64,000 nucleotides of DNA from an uncultured Actinomycetes bacterium. Lineage in GTDB: Bacteria; Actinomycetota; Thermoleophilia; UBA2241. The stretch lies in NCBI GenBank assembly GCA_963725665.1, contig CAVRZA010000002.1:160001-224000 (forward strand), written 5' to 3'. Positions 28,369-38,489 of the stretch are shown here, one piece after another. Made by a program: the position numbers and the translations under genes. The stretch's first letter is position 1. Each line of letters opens with the position of its first letter. The notes beneath the pieces were generated by a model. The model was not told where the DNA came from. It did not search any database and worked only from the letters and a program-made list of their open reading frames with translations.

Positions 28369-29901
28369 GTGGCTGATGCATCCGAAGGTCTGCTGATCGC
28401 GAAAGAGGCTGGCGGCACGGAGCTGTTACTGCTGCCGCAGATGGCCAATCGCCACGGGCTCGTGGCCGGCGCCACCGGCACCGGCAAGACGGTGACGCTG
28501 CAGGTGCTCGCCGAGGCCTTCAGCCGCGTCGGAGTGCCGGTGTTCGCCGCCGACATCAAGGGCGACCTGTCGGGCGTCTCGCAGGCCGGCGGCGGCAACG
28601 CCAAGGTCGATGCGCGCGTCGAGCAGCTCGGCCTGGTGTCGTGGGCCTTCGAGGGCTCGCCGGTCATGTTCTGGGACGTCTTCGGCGAGCAGGGGCACCC
28701 GGTGCGCAGCACGGCCTCTGAGGTCGGTCCGCTGCTGCTCTCGCGCATGCTCAACCTCAACGATATCCAGGAGGCGGTGCTCACCGTCGCCTTCCGCGTG
28801 GCGGACGACAACGGCCTGCTGCTCCTCGACATGGACGACCTGCGCGCCATGCTCAAGTACGTCGCCGACAACGCCGCCGACATCGGCACGACCTACGGCA
28901 ACGTCTCGGCGGCGTCGGTGGGCGCCATCCAGCGCGCCCTGCTCAGCCTCGAGGAGCAGGGCGGGCAGAAGCTCTTCGGCGAGCCCGCCCTGGACCTCTT
29001 CGACTTCATGCAGACCGATGCCAACGGTCGCGGCTACATCAACATCCTCGCTGCCGACGAGCTCATGCTGTCACCTCAGGTCTACTCCACGCTGCTGCTG
29101 TGGCTGCTCAGCGAGCTTTTCGAGCGCCTACCCGAGGCCGGCGACCTGCCCAAGCCCAAGCTCGTCTTCTTCTTCGACGAGGCGCACCTGTTGTTCACGG
29201 ACTCGCCGCCGGCGCTGCTCACCAAGATCGAGCAGGTCGTGCGCCTCATCCGCAGCAAGGGCGTGGGCGTCTACTTCGTCACCCAGAACCCCATCGACAT
29301 CCCCGACACCGTGCTGGGACAACTCGGCAACAAGGTGCAGCATGCGCTGCGCGCCTTCACGCCGCGCGAGCAGAAGGCCGTGAAGGCCATGGCCGAGACG
29401 TTCAGGCCCAACCCCGAGGTGAACGTCGAGTCGGCCGTCACCGACTTGGCCGTGGGCGAGGCGCTGCTCTCGCTGCTCGAGGCCGACGGCAGCCCCTGCA
29501 TGGTGCGACGCGCGTTCGTGGTGCCGCCGCACGGGCACATCGGGGCGATCGCCCCCGAGCAGCGGCAGCAGATCATGGCCGCCTCGCTGGTGGCCGGCCA
29601 CTACGAGCAGGTCATCGATCGCGAGTCGGCCGAGGAGGTCCTGGCGGCGCGGGCGCAGGCGGCGGCGACGGCGGCCGACCAGGCCGCGGCCGCGGCGGCC
29701 GCGGCGAAGCAGGCCGAAGCCGCTGCGAAGCCGACGCCGCGGCCGGAGAGCGCGCCGCGCCCGGCGCCCGCGCGCCCGCGGGCGAGCGACCGCGACAGCC
29801 TGGCCGAGGCTCTGGGCAAGAGCGTCATGCGCGCCGCGGGCAGCCAACTGGGCCGAGACATCGCCCGCGGCATCCTGGGCAACATGCTGAAGCGTAGGTA
29901 G
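28369..29901 (+). CDS. DUF853 / HerA-like ATPase
   Basis: [51 protein letters not shown]; GTG with SD GGAGG. Confidence 0.93.
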   Translation: MADASEGLLIAKEAGGTELLLLPQMANRHGLVAGATGTGKTVTLQVLAEAFSRVGVPVFAADIKGDLSGVSQAGGGNAKVDARVEQLGLVSWAFEGSPVMFWDVFGEQGHPVRSTASEVGPLLLSRMLNLNDIQEAVLTVAFRVADDNGLLLLDMDDLRAMLKYVADNAADIGTTYGNVSAASVGAIQRALLSLEEQGGQKLFGEPALDLFDFMQTDANGRGYINILAADELMLSPQVYSTLLLWLLSELFERLPEAGDLPKPKLVFFFDEAHLLFTDSPPALLTKIEQVVRLIRSKGVGVYFVTQNPIDIPDTVLGQLGNKVQHALRAFTPREQKAVKAMAETFRPNPEVNVESAVTDLAVGEALLSLLEADGSPCMVRRAFVVPPHGHIGAIAPEQRQQIMAASLVAGHYEQVIDRESAEEVLAARAQAAATAADQAAAAAAAAKQAEAAAKPTPRPESAPRPAPARPRASDRDSLAEALGKSVMRAAGSQLGRDIARGILGNMLKRR

Positions 29902-29966
29902 CCGCCCGAAGCGCCGTCGGCGCGCGCGGCTCCACGCGCCGCCGACAATACGAGGCCGGCGGCGCG

Positions 29967-31067
29967 TCAGCGGAGTCCGCGCGCGATCGCGGTCCAGAAG
30001 GCCGGGTCCTCCTGGCCCATGACCCAGATGGCGATGCCGGCGATGCGCGGGTGTTTCTTGCGCAGCAGATCGAGCTTGGCGGCGACGGCCTTCTCGTCCT
30101 GGTAGTAGACGACGTGGGCGACCCCCTCGCTGTCGGTGTAGCGCAGCGTCGCCTCGCCTGAGGCCGCATCGCGGCCCACCGTCACCCGGTACTGCGCCGC
30201 CGCCGCGTCCGCGCCGCTGGGCAGCACGGCCGTGGCCTTGCCCGCGTGCCAGTCGTAGCCGTAGAAGGGGATGCCCAGGTAGATCTTGCCCGCCGGCACC
30301 TGGCTCTGGGTGAAGCTCAGGACCTTGTCGACCCACTCGAGCGGCGCCTGTGGTCCCGGGCCGCTCCACGGGCCGCTGAAGTTGTACGCCATCACCTTGA
30401 ACTCGTCGACGGCGGCGCCGAGACGCTTGTAGTCCATCGCCCGCTGGCTGTCCCAGCGACCCGGATCCTGCGTCTTGGGAAACGCGGCGATGGAGAGGAA
30501 CCGTCCCTCGGCGTGGAGCGCCGCGGCGAGCTCCTCGACGAACGTGGCAAACGGCTGCCGGTCGCGACTCTTGAGCGCCTCCCAGTCGAGGTCGATGCCG
30601 TCGAAGCCTTTCTCCTTCACGAGGGCGACGAGGCTCTCGATGTGACGGCGGCGCGACGCCGGCGTGGCCATGATCGCCGCCGCGATGCCGCGGCTGAAGC
30701 TGAGGCTGCCGGCCGGCTGGTTGGTGACCGTGGCGAAGATGTTCAGGCCGCTGTTGCGTGCCGCCGCCACGAGGTCGAGGTTCTCGGCGCGGGTGGCGAC
30801 GCTGCCGTCCTTCTGTGACTGGTACCAGTCGAAGTCGACCTCGTCGACCGCGTCGGCGGCGGTGGCATCGACGAGCGAGTCGCCGTCGCCGAGGCTCCAG
30901 GCGGTGACGCGGTAGGCGCGCTCGCCGAGCGGCTTGACGAGATAGCCCAGCGGCGGCTTGCCGGGACGCGCGAGCCGCGTCCCCTCGCGGTCGAGCACGA
31001 AGAACAGCGCGATGACGACGAACGCCGCCGCAAGCGCGGCGACGGCGGCTCGGCGCCGCCTACGCAT
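29967..31067 (-). CDS. Glycoside hydrolase family 18, membrane-anchored or secreted
   Basis: FDGIDLDWE catalytic motif, MAY, KIYLGIPFYGYDW, GIAIWVMGQED. Confidence 0.92.
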   Translation of the reverse strand: MRRRRRAAVAALAAAFVVIALFFVLDREGTRLARPGKPPLGYLVKPLGERAYRVTAWSLGDGDSLVDATAADAVDEVDFDWYQSQKDGSVATRAENLDLVAAARNSGLNIFATVTNQPAGSLSFSRGIAAAIMATPASRRRHIESLVALVKEKGFDGIDLDWEALKSRDRQPFATFVEELAAALHAEGRFLSIAAFPKTQDPGRWDSQRAMDYKRLGAAVDEFKVMAYNFSGPWSGPGPQAPLEWVDKVLSFTQSQVPAGKIYLGIPFYGYDWHAGKATAVLPSGADAAAAQYRVTVGRDAASGEATLRYTDSEGVAHVVYYQDEKAVAAKLDLLRKKHPRIAGIAIWVMGQEDPAFWTAIARGLR

Positions 31068-31160
31068 GAGGCGGTCACCGGCTGTCCGTCGGGAGCGTTC
31101 ATCGCGTGGCCCCACCGCGCTTCACGTCGGCCGCGCCTTGAGCCGGCCAGGCGAGGCCGA

Positions 31161-32510
31161 TCAGCAACCGCGCCGATCGTCGACGCGGTGACAGGCTGTC
31201 TTGCCCTGACCCGACGTCATGCGCGGCAGCGAGAAGGGTTCGTGGAGCTCGACGCGGGGGGTGACGCCGACCGTCGTCTTGGTCGCCGCGACGATCCTCT
31301 TGGCGAGCTTCTCGCGTGACTCGGTGGTCAGCTCGGCGAGCTCGCGCACCTCGACCTGCAGCGTGAGCCGGTCGAGGTTGTCCACGTTCTCGACGACCAT
31401 GCAGAAGTTGTTGCCGACCTCGTCGAAGCACACGAGGACCTCCTCCACCTGGCTCGGGAACACCACGAGTCCGCCGATGGAGAGGGCGTCGTCGCTGCGG
31501 CCGGTGATGCGGCCGATCCGCGGGTGCGTGCGACCGCAGGGGCACGGCTCCCGGGTGAGCGAGGAGATGTCGTGGCTGCGGTAGCGGATCATCGCCATGG
31601 AGTCGCTCGTGAGCGAGGTCCAGACGAGCTCGCCGGCTTCGCCGTCGCCGACGGGCTCGCAGGTGATCGGGTCGACGCACTCGACGAAGAGGTGGTCGGA
31701 CCACACGTGCATGCCGTTCTTCTCGGGGCATTCGCAGGCCATGCCGGGGCCCAGGAACTCGCCCATGCCGTATTCGTTGAACGCGTCGAGACCGAGGGTG
31801 GCGGCGAGGCGCTCGCGGCCCGACTCGGGCCAGGGCTCGGCGCCGAAGAGGCCGACGCGGAGCTTGGAGTCGCGCGCGAGGTCGATGCCGCGCTCGAGGG
31901 CCTTGTCGGCGAGGAAGAGGGCGTAGGACGGGGTCGTGCAGATGGCGGTGACGCCCAGGTCGACGATCAGGTCGATGAGCAGCTCGTGACGGCCGATGCC
32001 GGCGGGCACCACGCCGACGCCGGCGCGCTGCGCGCCGTACTGCAGGCCGACGCTGGTCGGCAACCCGTAGGCGAAGCAGTTCTGTAGCAGGTCGTTCGGC
32101 CGCAGGCCGACCATCCAGATCGAGCGTGCGTTGCGCGTCGCCCAGTCGTCCATGTCGCGCTCCGAGACCCAGATGGGCGTCGGCTTGCCGGTGGTCCCGG
32201 AGGTGCTGTGCACCTCGATGATGTCGTCGAGGTCGCAGGTGCGCAGGCCCTCGGGGTAGACGTCGCGCAGCGTGGCCTTGTCGAGGAAGGGCAGGCGACG
32301 GATGTCGTCGAGGGAGCACATGTCGTCGGGCGCGACTCTAGCGGCGCGACACAGCTCCCCGTACACGCGGCTGCGTTCGCAGGCGCGCGCGACGACGAGC
32401 TTGAGACGCTCGAGCTGGAGCGCCCGCAGGGCGTCGAGCTCGAGCGTCTCAAGATCGGGCTCGAAGTAGACGTCCTGCCGCACGGCGCTGCTCGCGGCGC
32501 TACCGCTCAT
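31161..32510 (-). CDS. paaK: Phenylacetate-CoA ligase family protein
   Basis: HSTSGTTGKP, ICTTPSYA, GAEPW, YGMGE, GRSDD, VFPSQVEEV. Confidence 0.88.
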   Translation of the reverse strand: MSGSAASSAVRQDVYFEPDLETLELDALRALQLERLKLVVARACERSRVYGELCRAARVAPDDMCSLDDIRRLPFLDKATLRDVYPEGLRTCDLDDIIEVHSTSGTTGKPTPIWVSERDMDDWATRNARSIWMVGLRPNDLLQNCFAYGLPTSVGLQYGAQRAGVGVVPAGIGRHELLIDLIVDLGVTAICTTPSYALFLADKALERGIDLARDSKLRVGLFGAEPWPESGRERLAATLGLDAFNEYGMGEFLGPGMACECPEKNGMHVWSDHLFVECVDPITCEPVGDGEAGELVWTSLTSDSMAMIRYRSHDISSLTREPCPCGRTHPRIGRITGRSDDALSIGGLVVFPSQVEEVLVCFDEVGNNFCMVVENVDNLDRLTLQVEVRELAELTTESREKLAKRIVAATKTTVGVTPRVELHEPFSLPRMTSGQGKTACHRVDDRRGC

Positions 32511-33211
32511 CGATGCACGCCTCCTTCGTCTGTCTTCGCGACCGTCGCCGCCGCGCCGGCCGCCGCCTCTACCCCGGCTCGGGCCGCCGGGCCTACCCCG
32601 ACTCCGGCCGCCCCGATGCGCTGCCCGGCGGCGAACGCGGCGAGGTTGAGCTCCAGCCAGCTCGCCGGGACGTTGCGGGCGATGGCTCGCTTCCAGGTCT
32701 CGTCGGCGAAGGGCAGATGGGCCGAGAGCGCTCCGACCAGCACGACCCCGGCGACCTTCGCGTCGCCGATCTCCTCCGCGACCGCGTTGCCGTCGACGGC
32801 GATGACCCTCACGCCTTGGTCGACCATTCGCTGGATCGCGTCGAACGGGTACGCGTGGGTCCCGGTCGATGCGACGGCGGCACGATCTGCTGCGTGTTGA
32901 CGATAGCCAGGCCGTCGGGCGCCAGCGAGGGCGCCAGGCGCAGTCCCTCGGCGGCCTCGAAGGCGAGCAGATAGTCGATCTCGCCGGGGCTGATGCTGGG
33001 CGCCATGACTCGTCTCACCGATACGGATGTGCGAGCTCACGCTGCCGCCGCGCTGCGACATGCCGCGCGTCTCGCTCGTCTTCACCTCGAGGCCGCCGTG
33101 CAGCATCGCCGTGTCGGCGATGATCGCGGCGGCGACGATCACCCCCTGGCCGCCGACGCCGACGACCATGATGTCGTCGACCACGCCGCCGGCGAAGTGT
33201 CCGCCGTTCAC
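32507..33211 (-). CDS. iorB: Indolepyruvate:ferredoxin oxidoreductase beta subunit (two compensating frameshifts)
   Basis: VGVGGQGVI, GMSQRGGSVSSHIR, NLAAFAAG; the middle segment (DYLLAFEAAEGLR) lies in another frame at ~32880-33010. Confidence 0.88.
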   Translation of the reverse strand: MNGGHFAGGVVDDIMVVGVGGQGVIVAAAIIADTAMLHGGLEVKTSETRGMSQRGGSVSSHIRIGETSHGAQHQPRRDRLSARLRGRRGTAPGALAGARRPGYRQHAADRAAVASTGTHAYPFDAIQRMVDQGVRVIAVDGNAVAEEIGDAKVAGVVLVGALSAHLPFADETWKRAIARNVPASWLELNLAAFAAGQRIGAAGVGVGPAARAGVEAAAGAAATVAKTDEGGVHR

Positions 33212-35076
33212 GCTCCACCCGCCTTCGCGATCGCGCCCGGCTTGCAGAGCTGCGCGCACAGCGAGCAGCCGGTGCACGTCTCGGCGTCGATCACCACCTT
33301 GTGGCGCGTCTTCACCATCGCCTCGGTGTGGCGCAGCGAGGGGCAGCCGAGCTTCATGCACTGCTGGCAGGCGGTGCAGAGGTCCTCGTCGACCTCGAAG
33401 TGGCCGTCGCCGGGGATCTTGCGCGGAAAGAGCATGCACGGCCGGTTGGTGATGATGACGGCCGGCCCGTCGAAGGCGAGGCCGGCCTTCAGCGCCGCCA
33501 GGCACGCCGCGTAGTCGTAGGGATCGACCGTCTCGACGCGCTCGACGCCGAGCGCCCGGCAGATCGCCTCGAAGTCGACCGGCTGCGTCTCGGCGCCCGC
33601 GAGACTCCTCTCGGTGCCCGGGTGCGTCTGGCCGCCGGTCATGGCGGTGATGTTGTTGTTCTGGATCAGGACGGTGACGTTCGTCCGCTGGTGGACGGCG
33701 TTGAGCAGCCCCGTGAGCCCGGAGTGCAGGAAGGTCGAGTCGCCGATGACGGCGATGGAACCCTTCGCGCTGCCGCCGGCGCGAGTGAAGCCCTGCTCGA
33801 TGGGGATGCTCGCGCCCATCTCGAACGCCGAGTGCATGTGCGAGACCGGCGGCAGCGTCGTCAGGTCGTAGCAGCCGATATCTCCGTGCACGTCGAGGTC
33901 GAGCTTCTTCATGGCCATGGCCATGCCGCGGTGCGGGCAGCCGGTGCACAGGACGGGGGGCCGCGGAATGACGCTCTCGTCTTCCGCGGCCTTCTCGCGC
34001 GCCCAGCGCGGCAGGTCGAGGCCGGCCGCCACGAACGCGCGCCCGACCCGTACCGGCGTCAGCTCGCTCCAGGAGGGGAACCAGCGTTTGCCCTCGACCG
34101 CGATGCCGGCCGCGAGGATCTGCTCCTCGAGGTATGGCTCGAGCTCCTCGACCACGAAGAGGCGGTCGACGGTGGCGGCGAAGCGGCGGACCGCCTCGAC
34201 CGGCAGGGGGTGGATCATGCCCAGCTTGAGGAAGGACGCCTCGGGAAGCGCCTCCTTGGCCGAGATGTAGGCGGCGCCCGCCGAGACGACGCCGACGCGC
34301 GCGAAGGCGCCCGTTCCGGGCTCTGCGCGCGCCAGCGGGCTCGCTTCGGCGTAGGCACGCAGGCGCTCGAAGCGAGCGATGAGGCTCCGGTGCAGCGGCC
34401 GCGAGAAGCGCGGCAGCAGGGAGTACTTCTCGGTGATGCGGTGCGGCGGCTTGCGCTGCGGCACAGTGCGCCGCAGGGCCGTCGGGTCGGAGCCGTCGCC
34501 GCCCTCGGCGAGCGCGCCGCCTTCGGTGGGCGGCTCGCCGTCACCCCCTTCGGTCTCCTCGAGCCGCACGATCGACTTCTGGTGCGCCGTCTGGATCGAG
34601 AGGCGCACCATGACGGGCACGTCGAACTCCTCGCTCAGATCGAAGGCCAGCTTGACGTACTCGTAGCACTCCTGGCTGTCGGCCGGCTCGAGCATGGGCA
34701 TGCTGCTGATGCGGCCGAAGTAGCGGTCGTCCTGCTCGGTCATGCCGCTCGCCATCCCGGGGTCGCCGGCGAGGCACACGACGAGGCCGGCGTTGATGCC
34801 CGTGTAGACGGAGCTGATCAGCGGGTCGGCGGCCACGCTGGCGCCCGCGCTCTTCATCGCCGTGAGGGCGCGGGCGCCGCCCATGGCCGCCCCGAAGGCG
34901 ACCTCGTAGGCGACCTTCTCGTTGGTCGACCACTCGGCGTAGACGCCCTCGTAGCGCGCCAGGTTGGTGACGATCTCGGTGCTGGGCGTGCCCGGGTAGG
35001 CGGCCGCGACCTGCACGCCGGCCTCCCAGGCGCCGCGCGCGATGGCTTCGTTGCCGAGCATCAGGAGCTGCTTCAC
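33208..35076 (-). CDS. iorA: Indolepyruvate:ferredoxin oxidoreductase alpha subunit
   Basis: LGNEAIARGA, YPGTPSTEI, NEKVA, RPPVLCTGCPHR, GDIGCY, IGDSTFLHSG, TAMTGGQ, C-terminal 2x[4Fe-4S] motifs. Confidence 0.95.
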   Translation of the reverse strand: MKQLLMLGNEAIARGAWEAGVQVAAAYPGTPSTEIVTNLARYEGVYAEWSTNEKVAYEVAFGAAMGGARALTAMKSAGASVAADPLISSVYTGINAGLVVCLAGDPGMASGMTEQDDRYFGRISSMPMLEPADSQECYEYVKLAFDLSEEFDVPVMVRLSIQTAHQKSIVRLEETEGGDGEPPTEGGALAEGGDGSDPTALRRTVPQRKPPHRITEKYSLLPRFSRPLHRSLIARFERLRAYAEASPLARAEPGTGAFARVGVVSAGAAYISAKEALPEASFLKLGMIHPLPVEAVRRFAATVDRLFVVEELEPYLEEQILAAGIAVEGKRWFPSWSELTPVRVGRAFVAAGLDLPRWAREKAAEDESVIPRPPVLCTGCPHRGMAMAMKKLDLDVHGDIGCYDLTTLPPVSHMHSAFEMGASIPIEQGFTRAGGSAKGSIAVIGDSTFLHSGLTGLLNAVHQRTNVTVLIQNNNITAMTGGQTHPGTERSLAGAETQPVDFEAICRALGVERVETVDPYDYAACLAALKAGLAFDGPAVIITNRPCMLFPRKIPGDGHFEVDEDLCTACQQCMKLGCPSLRHTEAMVKTRHKVVIDAETCTGCSLCAQLCKPGAIAKAGGA

Positions 35077-35176
35077 ACGTCGTCCCTCTCGTCGGGCAGG
35101 TGGACAAACGATACGCAGCGGGTGCGCGGGGGCGCAACCCGCAGTGTATGCTGCGGCCGGCGAGAAGGAGGGTGCG

Positions 35177-36484
35177 ATGGCCGGACTGCAGTCAGCGCTC
35201 GAGGAGAGGGTCGTCGAAGACGTGCGGTCGCGGCGCGACGAGCTCGTCGACCTCGTCGGCGAGCTCGTCGCGCTCGACACGACCGCACGCGACGTCGACG
35301 ACCCTCCGCGCGACGAGGAGCGCTTGCAGCGGCTGCTGCAGGCGCGCCTCGAGGCGATCGGTGCCGCCACCGACCTCTGGGAACCCGAGCCGACCGTCGG
35401 CGATCGCTTCCTGCCCGACGGTCTGAGCTTCCGCGGCCGGCCCCAGCTGGCCGCGCGACTGGGCGGCCACGGGGCCGGCCGCAGCCTCCTCCTCCTCGGG
35501 CACATCGACGCCGTCTCGGCCGAACCGGTCGATCGCTGGACCTCCGACCCGTTCCAGGCCGCCGTGCGCGACGGCAAGCTGTACGGCCGCGGCGCCTGCG
35601 ATATGAAGGGCGGTCTCGGCGCGATGCTGGTCGCCCTAGAGACGCTGCACCGACTCGGCGTGCGTGCTGCCGGCGACGTCATCTGGTGCTCGGTCACCGA
35701 CGAGGAGTCGTCGGGCGCCGGCGGCGTGGCCGCCGTCGCCCGCGGTGTGACTGCCGACGCCGGCATCTGCGCGGAGCCGACGGGTTTCGACACGTGGGTC
35801 GCCTGTCGCGGCTCGCTCACGCCGATCATCACCATCGAGGGTCGGCCCGGGCACGCGGAGATGACACAGCCGCACTGGCGCGAGGGGGGTGCCGTCAACG
35901 CGATCGAGAAGCTGCCGCTGGTCCTCGCCGCGATCGAGCGGCTGCGCCACGAGTGGCGCAGCCGCCCCGACTGCCGGCATCCCTACCTCGACCCCGGCGA
36001 CATCGTGCCCACCGTGCTGCACGCGGGGGAGTGGAGCGTGACCTACCCCAGCGAGGCCGTCCTCACCTGCGAGGTCACCTACCTGCCGACTCAGGTCGAC
36101 GCCGAAGGCACCGGCAAGCGGGTCGAGCGCGAGATCTACGAGGCGATCACGGCGGCGGCCGCCGGGGATCCCTGGCTTGCCGAGCACCCGCTGAAGTGGT
36201 TCTGGGACAACGACGTGGTGCCGGCAGAGATCCCCGCCGACCATCCCCTCGTCGCGCTCACCATGCAAGCTGCGGTCGACCTGGACCGCGAGGGGACGCT
36301 CACGGGCTTCGAGTCCTGGCACGACGGGGCGACCTTCATCCGCGCCGGCACGCCGACGCTCTGCTTCGGTCCCGGCGACCGCGGGGCCCTGCACCGTCTC
36401 GACGAGTTCGCGCCGGTGGACGATCTGGTCGATCACGCCGCGGCGGTGGCGCTTGTCGTCATGCGCTGGTGCGGGGTGGCGTAG
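35177..36484 (+). CDS. M20 ArgE/DapE-family deacylase
   Basis: LLGHIDAV, LYGRGACDMKGG, DEE, EPT, GHA, H-x-x-DE. Confidence 0.93.
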   Translation: MAGLQSALEERVVEDVRSRRDELVDLVGELVALDTTARDVDDPPRDEERLQRLLQARLEAIGAATDLWEPEPTVGDRFLPDGLSFRGRPQLAARLGGHGAGRSLLLLGHIDAVSAEPVDRWTSDPFQAAVRDGKLYGRGACDMKGGLGAMLVALETLHRLGVRAAGDVIWCSVTDEESSGAGGVAAVARGVTADAGICAEPTGFDTWVACRGSLTPIITIEGRPGHAEMTQPHWREGGAVNAIEKLPLVLAAIERLRHEWRSRPDCRHPYLDPGDIVPTVLHAGEWSVTYPSEAVLTCEVTYLPTQVDAEGTGKRVEREIYEAITAAAAGDPWLAEHPLKWFWDNDVVPAEIPADHPLVALTMQAAVDLDREGTLTGFESWHDGATFIRAGTPTLCFGPGDRGALHRLDEFAPVDDLVDHAAAVALVVMRWCGVA

Positions 36485-36654
36485 CACCTGGCGGGACCGC
36501 GCCGCGGCCGACCGGTGGCACCGGTGGGGGTGCCGGACGGCGGGTGTAGACTCGGGCGCGGGCGAGAGCCCCGAGAGCGAGCTGAGCAGCGCAGGACACG
36601 CGATGGCTGAAGAGGAGGCCATGAGCGGATCGGGCACACCGAGCACCGGAGGGG

Positions 36655-37497
36655 ATGACCGGTGCGGCATCGGCCAGGCAACGCTTCACGGGCAAGATAG
36701 CTCTCGTCACCGGCGGCGCACGCGGCATCGGCCGCGAGTGCGCCCTCGCGCTGGCGCGCGAGGGCGCCGACCTCATCCTTCTCGACCGTTGCGCGCAGCC
36801 GACGACGACGCTCTACGCCGGCGCCTCTGCCGACGACCTCACGGGTACGCAGGAGGAGATCCAGGCCCTGGGGCGGCACGCGCTCACCATCCAGGCCGAC
36901 GTGACCAAGGAGGCCGAGCTGCGCGTCGCCGTGGGCGAGGCGCTGGGCCGCCTGGGACGCATCGACATCCTCGTCTGCAGCGCCGGCATCTTCACGTGGG
37001 GAAGGCTCTGGGAGCTCACCGAGGAGCAGTGGGACGAGACCATCGACGTCAACCTCAAGGGCGTGTGGCTCACGCTCAAGACGGTCGTCCCGCACATGAT
37101 CGAGCGCCGCTACGGCCGCATCGTCCTCTTGGGCTCGACGGCCGGCCTGCGCGGGTGGGCCGAGGTCTCGCACTACGCCGCCTCGAAGCACGGCGTGATC
37201 GGCCTCGTGCGCAGCTTGGCGCTGGAGGTCGGTGAGTACGGCGTCACGGTCAACGCGGTCTGCCCCACGCGCGTGCCCACCGAGATGGTCACCTTCCCGG
37301 ACTACTACGAGCACGCGTGCGGTCCTGGAGCCACGCTCGACGACCTGGCGCGCGCGACGCGTGCCGAGCTGGTGCTGCCGACCGACTTCGTGCCGGCCAC
37401 CGCCATCGCCGACGCCGTCTCTTGGCTCGCTTCCGACGAAGCGGCCTACGTCACCGGCGCGGCCGTGGCGGTCGATGCCGGGGAGCTGCTGGTATGA
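36655..37497 (+). CDS. SDR oxidoreductase, mycofactocin-associated type
   Basis: TGGARGIG, EGADLILLDRC plus the insert before DDL..TQEEIQALGR, HYAASKHGV. Confidence 0.85.
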   Translation: MTGAASARQRFTGKIALVTGGARGIGRECALALAREGADLILLDRCAQPTTTLYAGASADDLTGTQEEIQALGRHALTIQADVTKEAELRVAVGEALGRLGRIDILVCSAGIFTWGRLWELTEEQWDETIDVNLKGVWLTLKTVVPHMIERRYGRIVLLGSTAGLRGWAEVSHYAASKHGVIGLVRSLALEVGEYGVTVNAVCPTRVPTEMVTFPDYYEHACGPGATLDDLARATRAELVLPTDFVPATAIADAVSWLASDEAAYVTGAAVAVDAGELLV

Positions 37498-38489
37498 GCG
37501 CAGTGGGGAGCCTGGAGCAGGGTTATCCGGCGGCGTCGGCGGACTTCCCGGCGGTCCTCGACGGGACGATCTTGCGTGTCGGCGAGGCGTTCATCCCCGC
37601 GACCGACGACGGCCTGCTGCGCGGCGACGGAGCTTTCGAAGCCGTGCGTGTCTACCTCGGCCGCCCCTTCGCGCTGACCGCGCATCTCGATCGCCTCGTG
37701 CGCTCGTGCGGCATCCTCCTGCTCGACTGCCCGCGCGACGAGCTCGCGACGGAGATCGACGAGCTCGTCGCGCTCTGCGGCCACGCCAGCTACGACCTGC
37801 GCATCGTCGTGACGCGCGGCGGACACCGCTTGGCCTTTGCCGAGCCGTTCCTGGCGCCGCCGGTGACGGCGCGCCTCGGCCTCGTGGTCGACGTCCCGCG
37901 CCTGGTGCTGGTGGGCGCCAAGACGCTTTCGTACGCCGGCAACATGCTGGCGCGGCGGCGCGCGGTCGCGGCCGGCGGCGACGAGGCGCTCCTGGCGACG
38001 CCCGAGGGCCGCGTGCTCGAGGCGCAGACGGCGGCCTTCTTCTTCGTCGACGCCGCCGGACGGCTGCGCACGCCGCCGCTCGGCGAGGGCATCCTCGACT
38101 CGATCACGCGCCGCGTGGTCCTGCGACGCCTCGAGGTGGCGGAGGAGCCGTGTCTGGTCGACGAGGTCCTGGCCTGCCGCGAGGCCTTTCTCGCCGGCAC
38201 GAGGTTCGAGGTGCGGCCGGTCAGCGCCATCGACAGTAGGTCGCTGGAGGCGCCGGGACCGGTCACCCGCGGCGCCCGCCAGGACTACTGGCGGGCCGTC
38301 GAGGAGGAGACGGGCATCGGATTGGCGCGAGCACTGCCGCGTACCTGGAGCGCATCGGGCTCGGCTCGGCCGGATCCACGTGACTCTGGTGAATCGACAG
38401 GGGACTCGCTTCTACCCTGTGTCGCCCGGGGATTCGCGGGTCGTGCGGCCAGGTCCGAGCATCGGTTCCCGGGCAGCGGGAGCCGCTGA
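37494..38489 (+). CDS. PLP class IV aminotransferase / aminodeoxychorismate lyase family
   Basis: RGDGAFEAVR, HLDRL, KTLSYAGN, DEALL, ILDSITR; 3' end overlaps the convergent gene. Confidence 0.9.
   Translation: MSAVGSLEQGYPAASADFPAVLDGTILRVGEAFIPATDDGLLRGDGAFEAVRVYLGRPFALTAHLDRLVRSCGILLLDCPRDELATEIDELVALCGHASYDLRIVVTRGGHRLAFAEPFLAPPVTARLGLVVDVPRLVLVGAKTLSYAGNMLARRRAVAAGGDEALLATPEGRVLEAQTAAFFFVDAAGRLRTPPLGEGILDSITRRVVLRRLEVAEEPCLVDEVLACREAFLAGTRFEVRPVSAIDSRSLEAPGPVTRGARQDYWRAVEEETGIGLARALPRTWSASGSARPDPRDSGESTGDSLLPCVARGFAGRAARSEHRFPGSGSR

Noticed and set aside
28369-29901. HerA-type anti-phage system
   Set aside because: It is the widespread DUF853 type with no Sir2, NurA or nuclease partner
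33301-36549. 1082-aa + strand ORF and other long antisense or alternate-frame ORFs
   Set aside because: Shadow ORFs from high GC and codon bias opposite recognisable genes; no motifs
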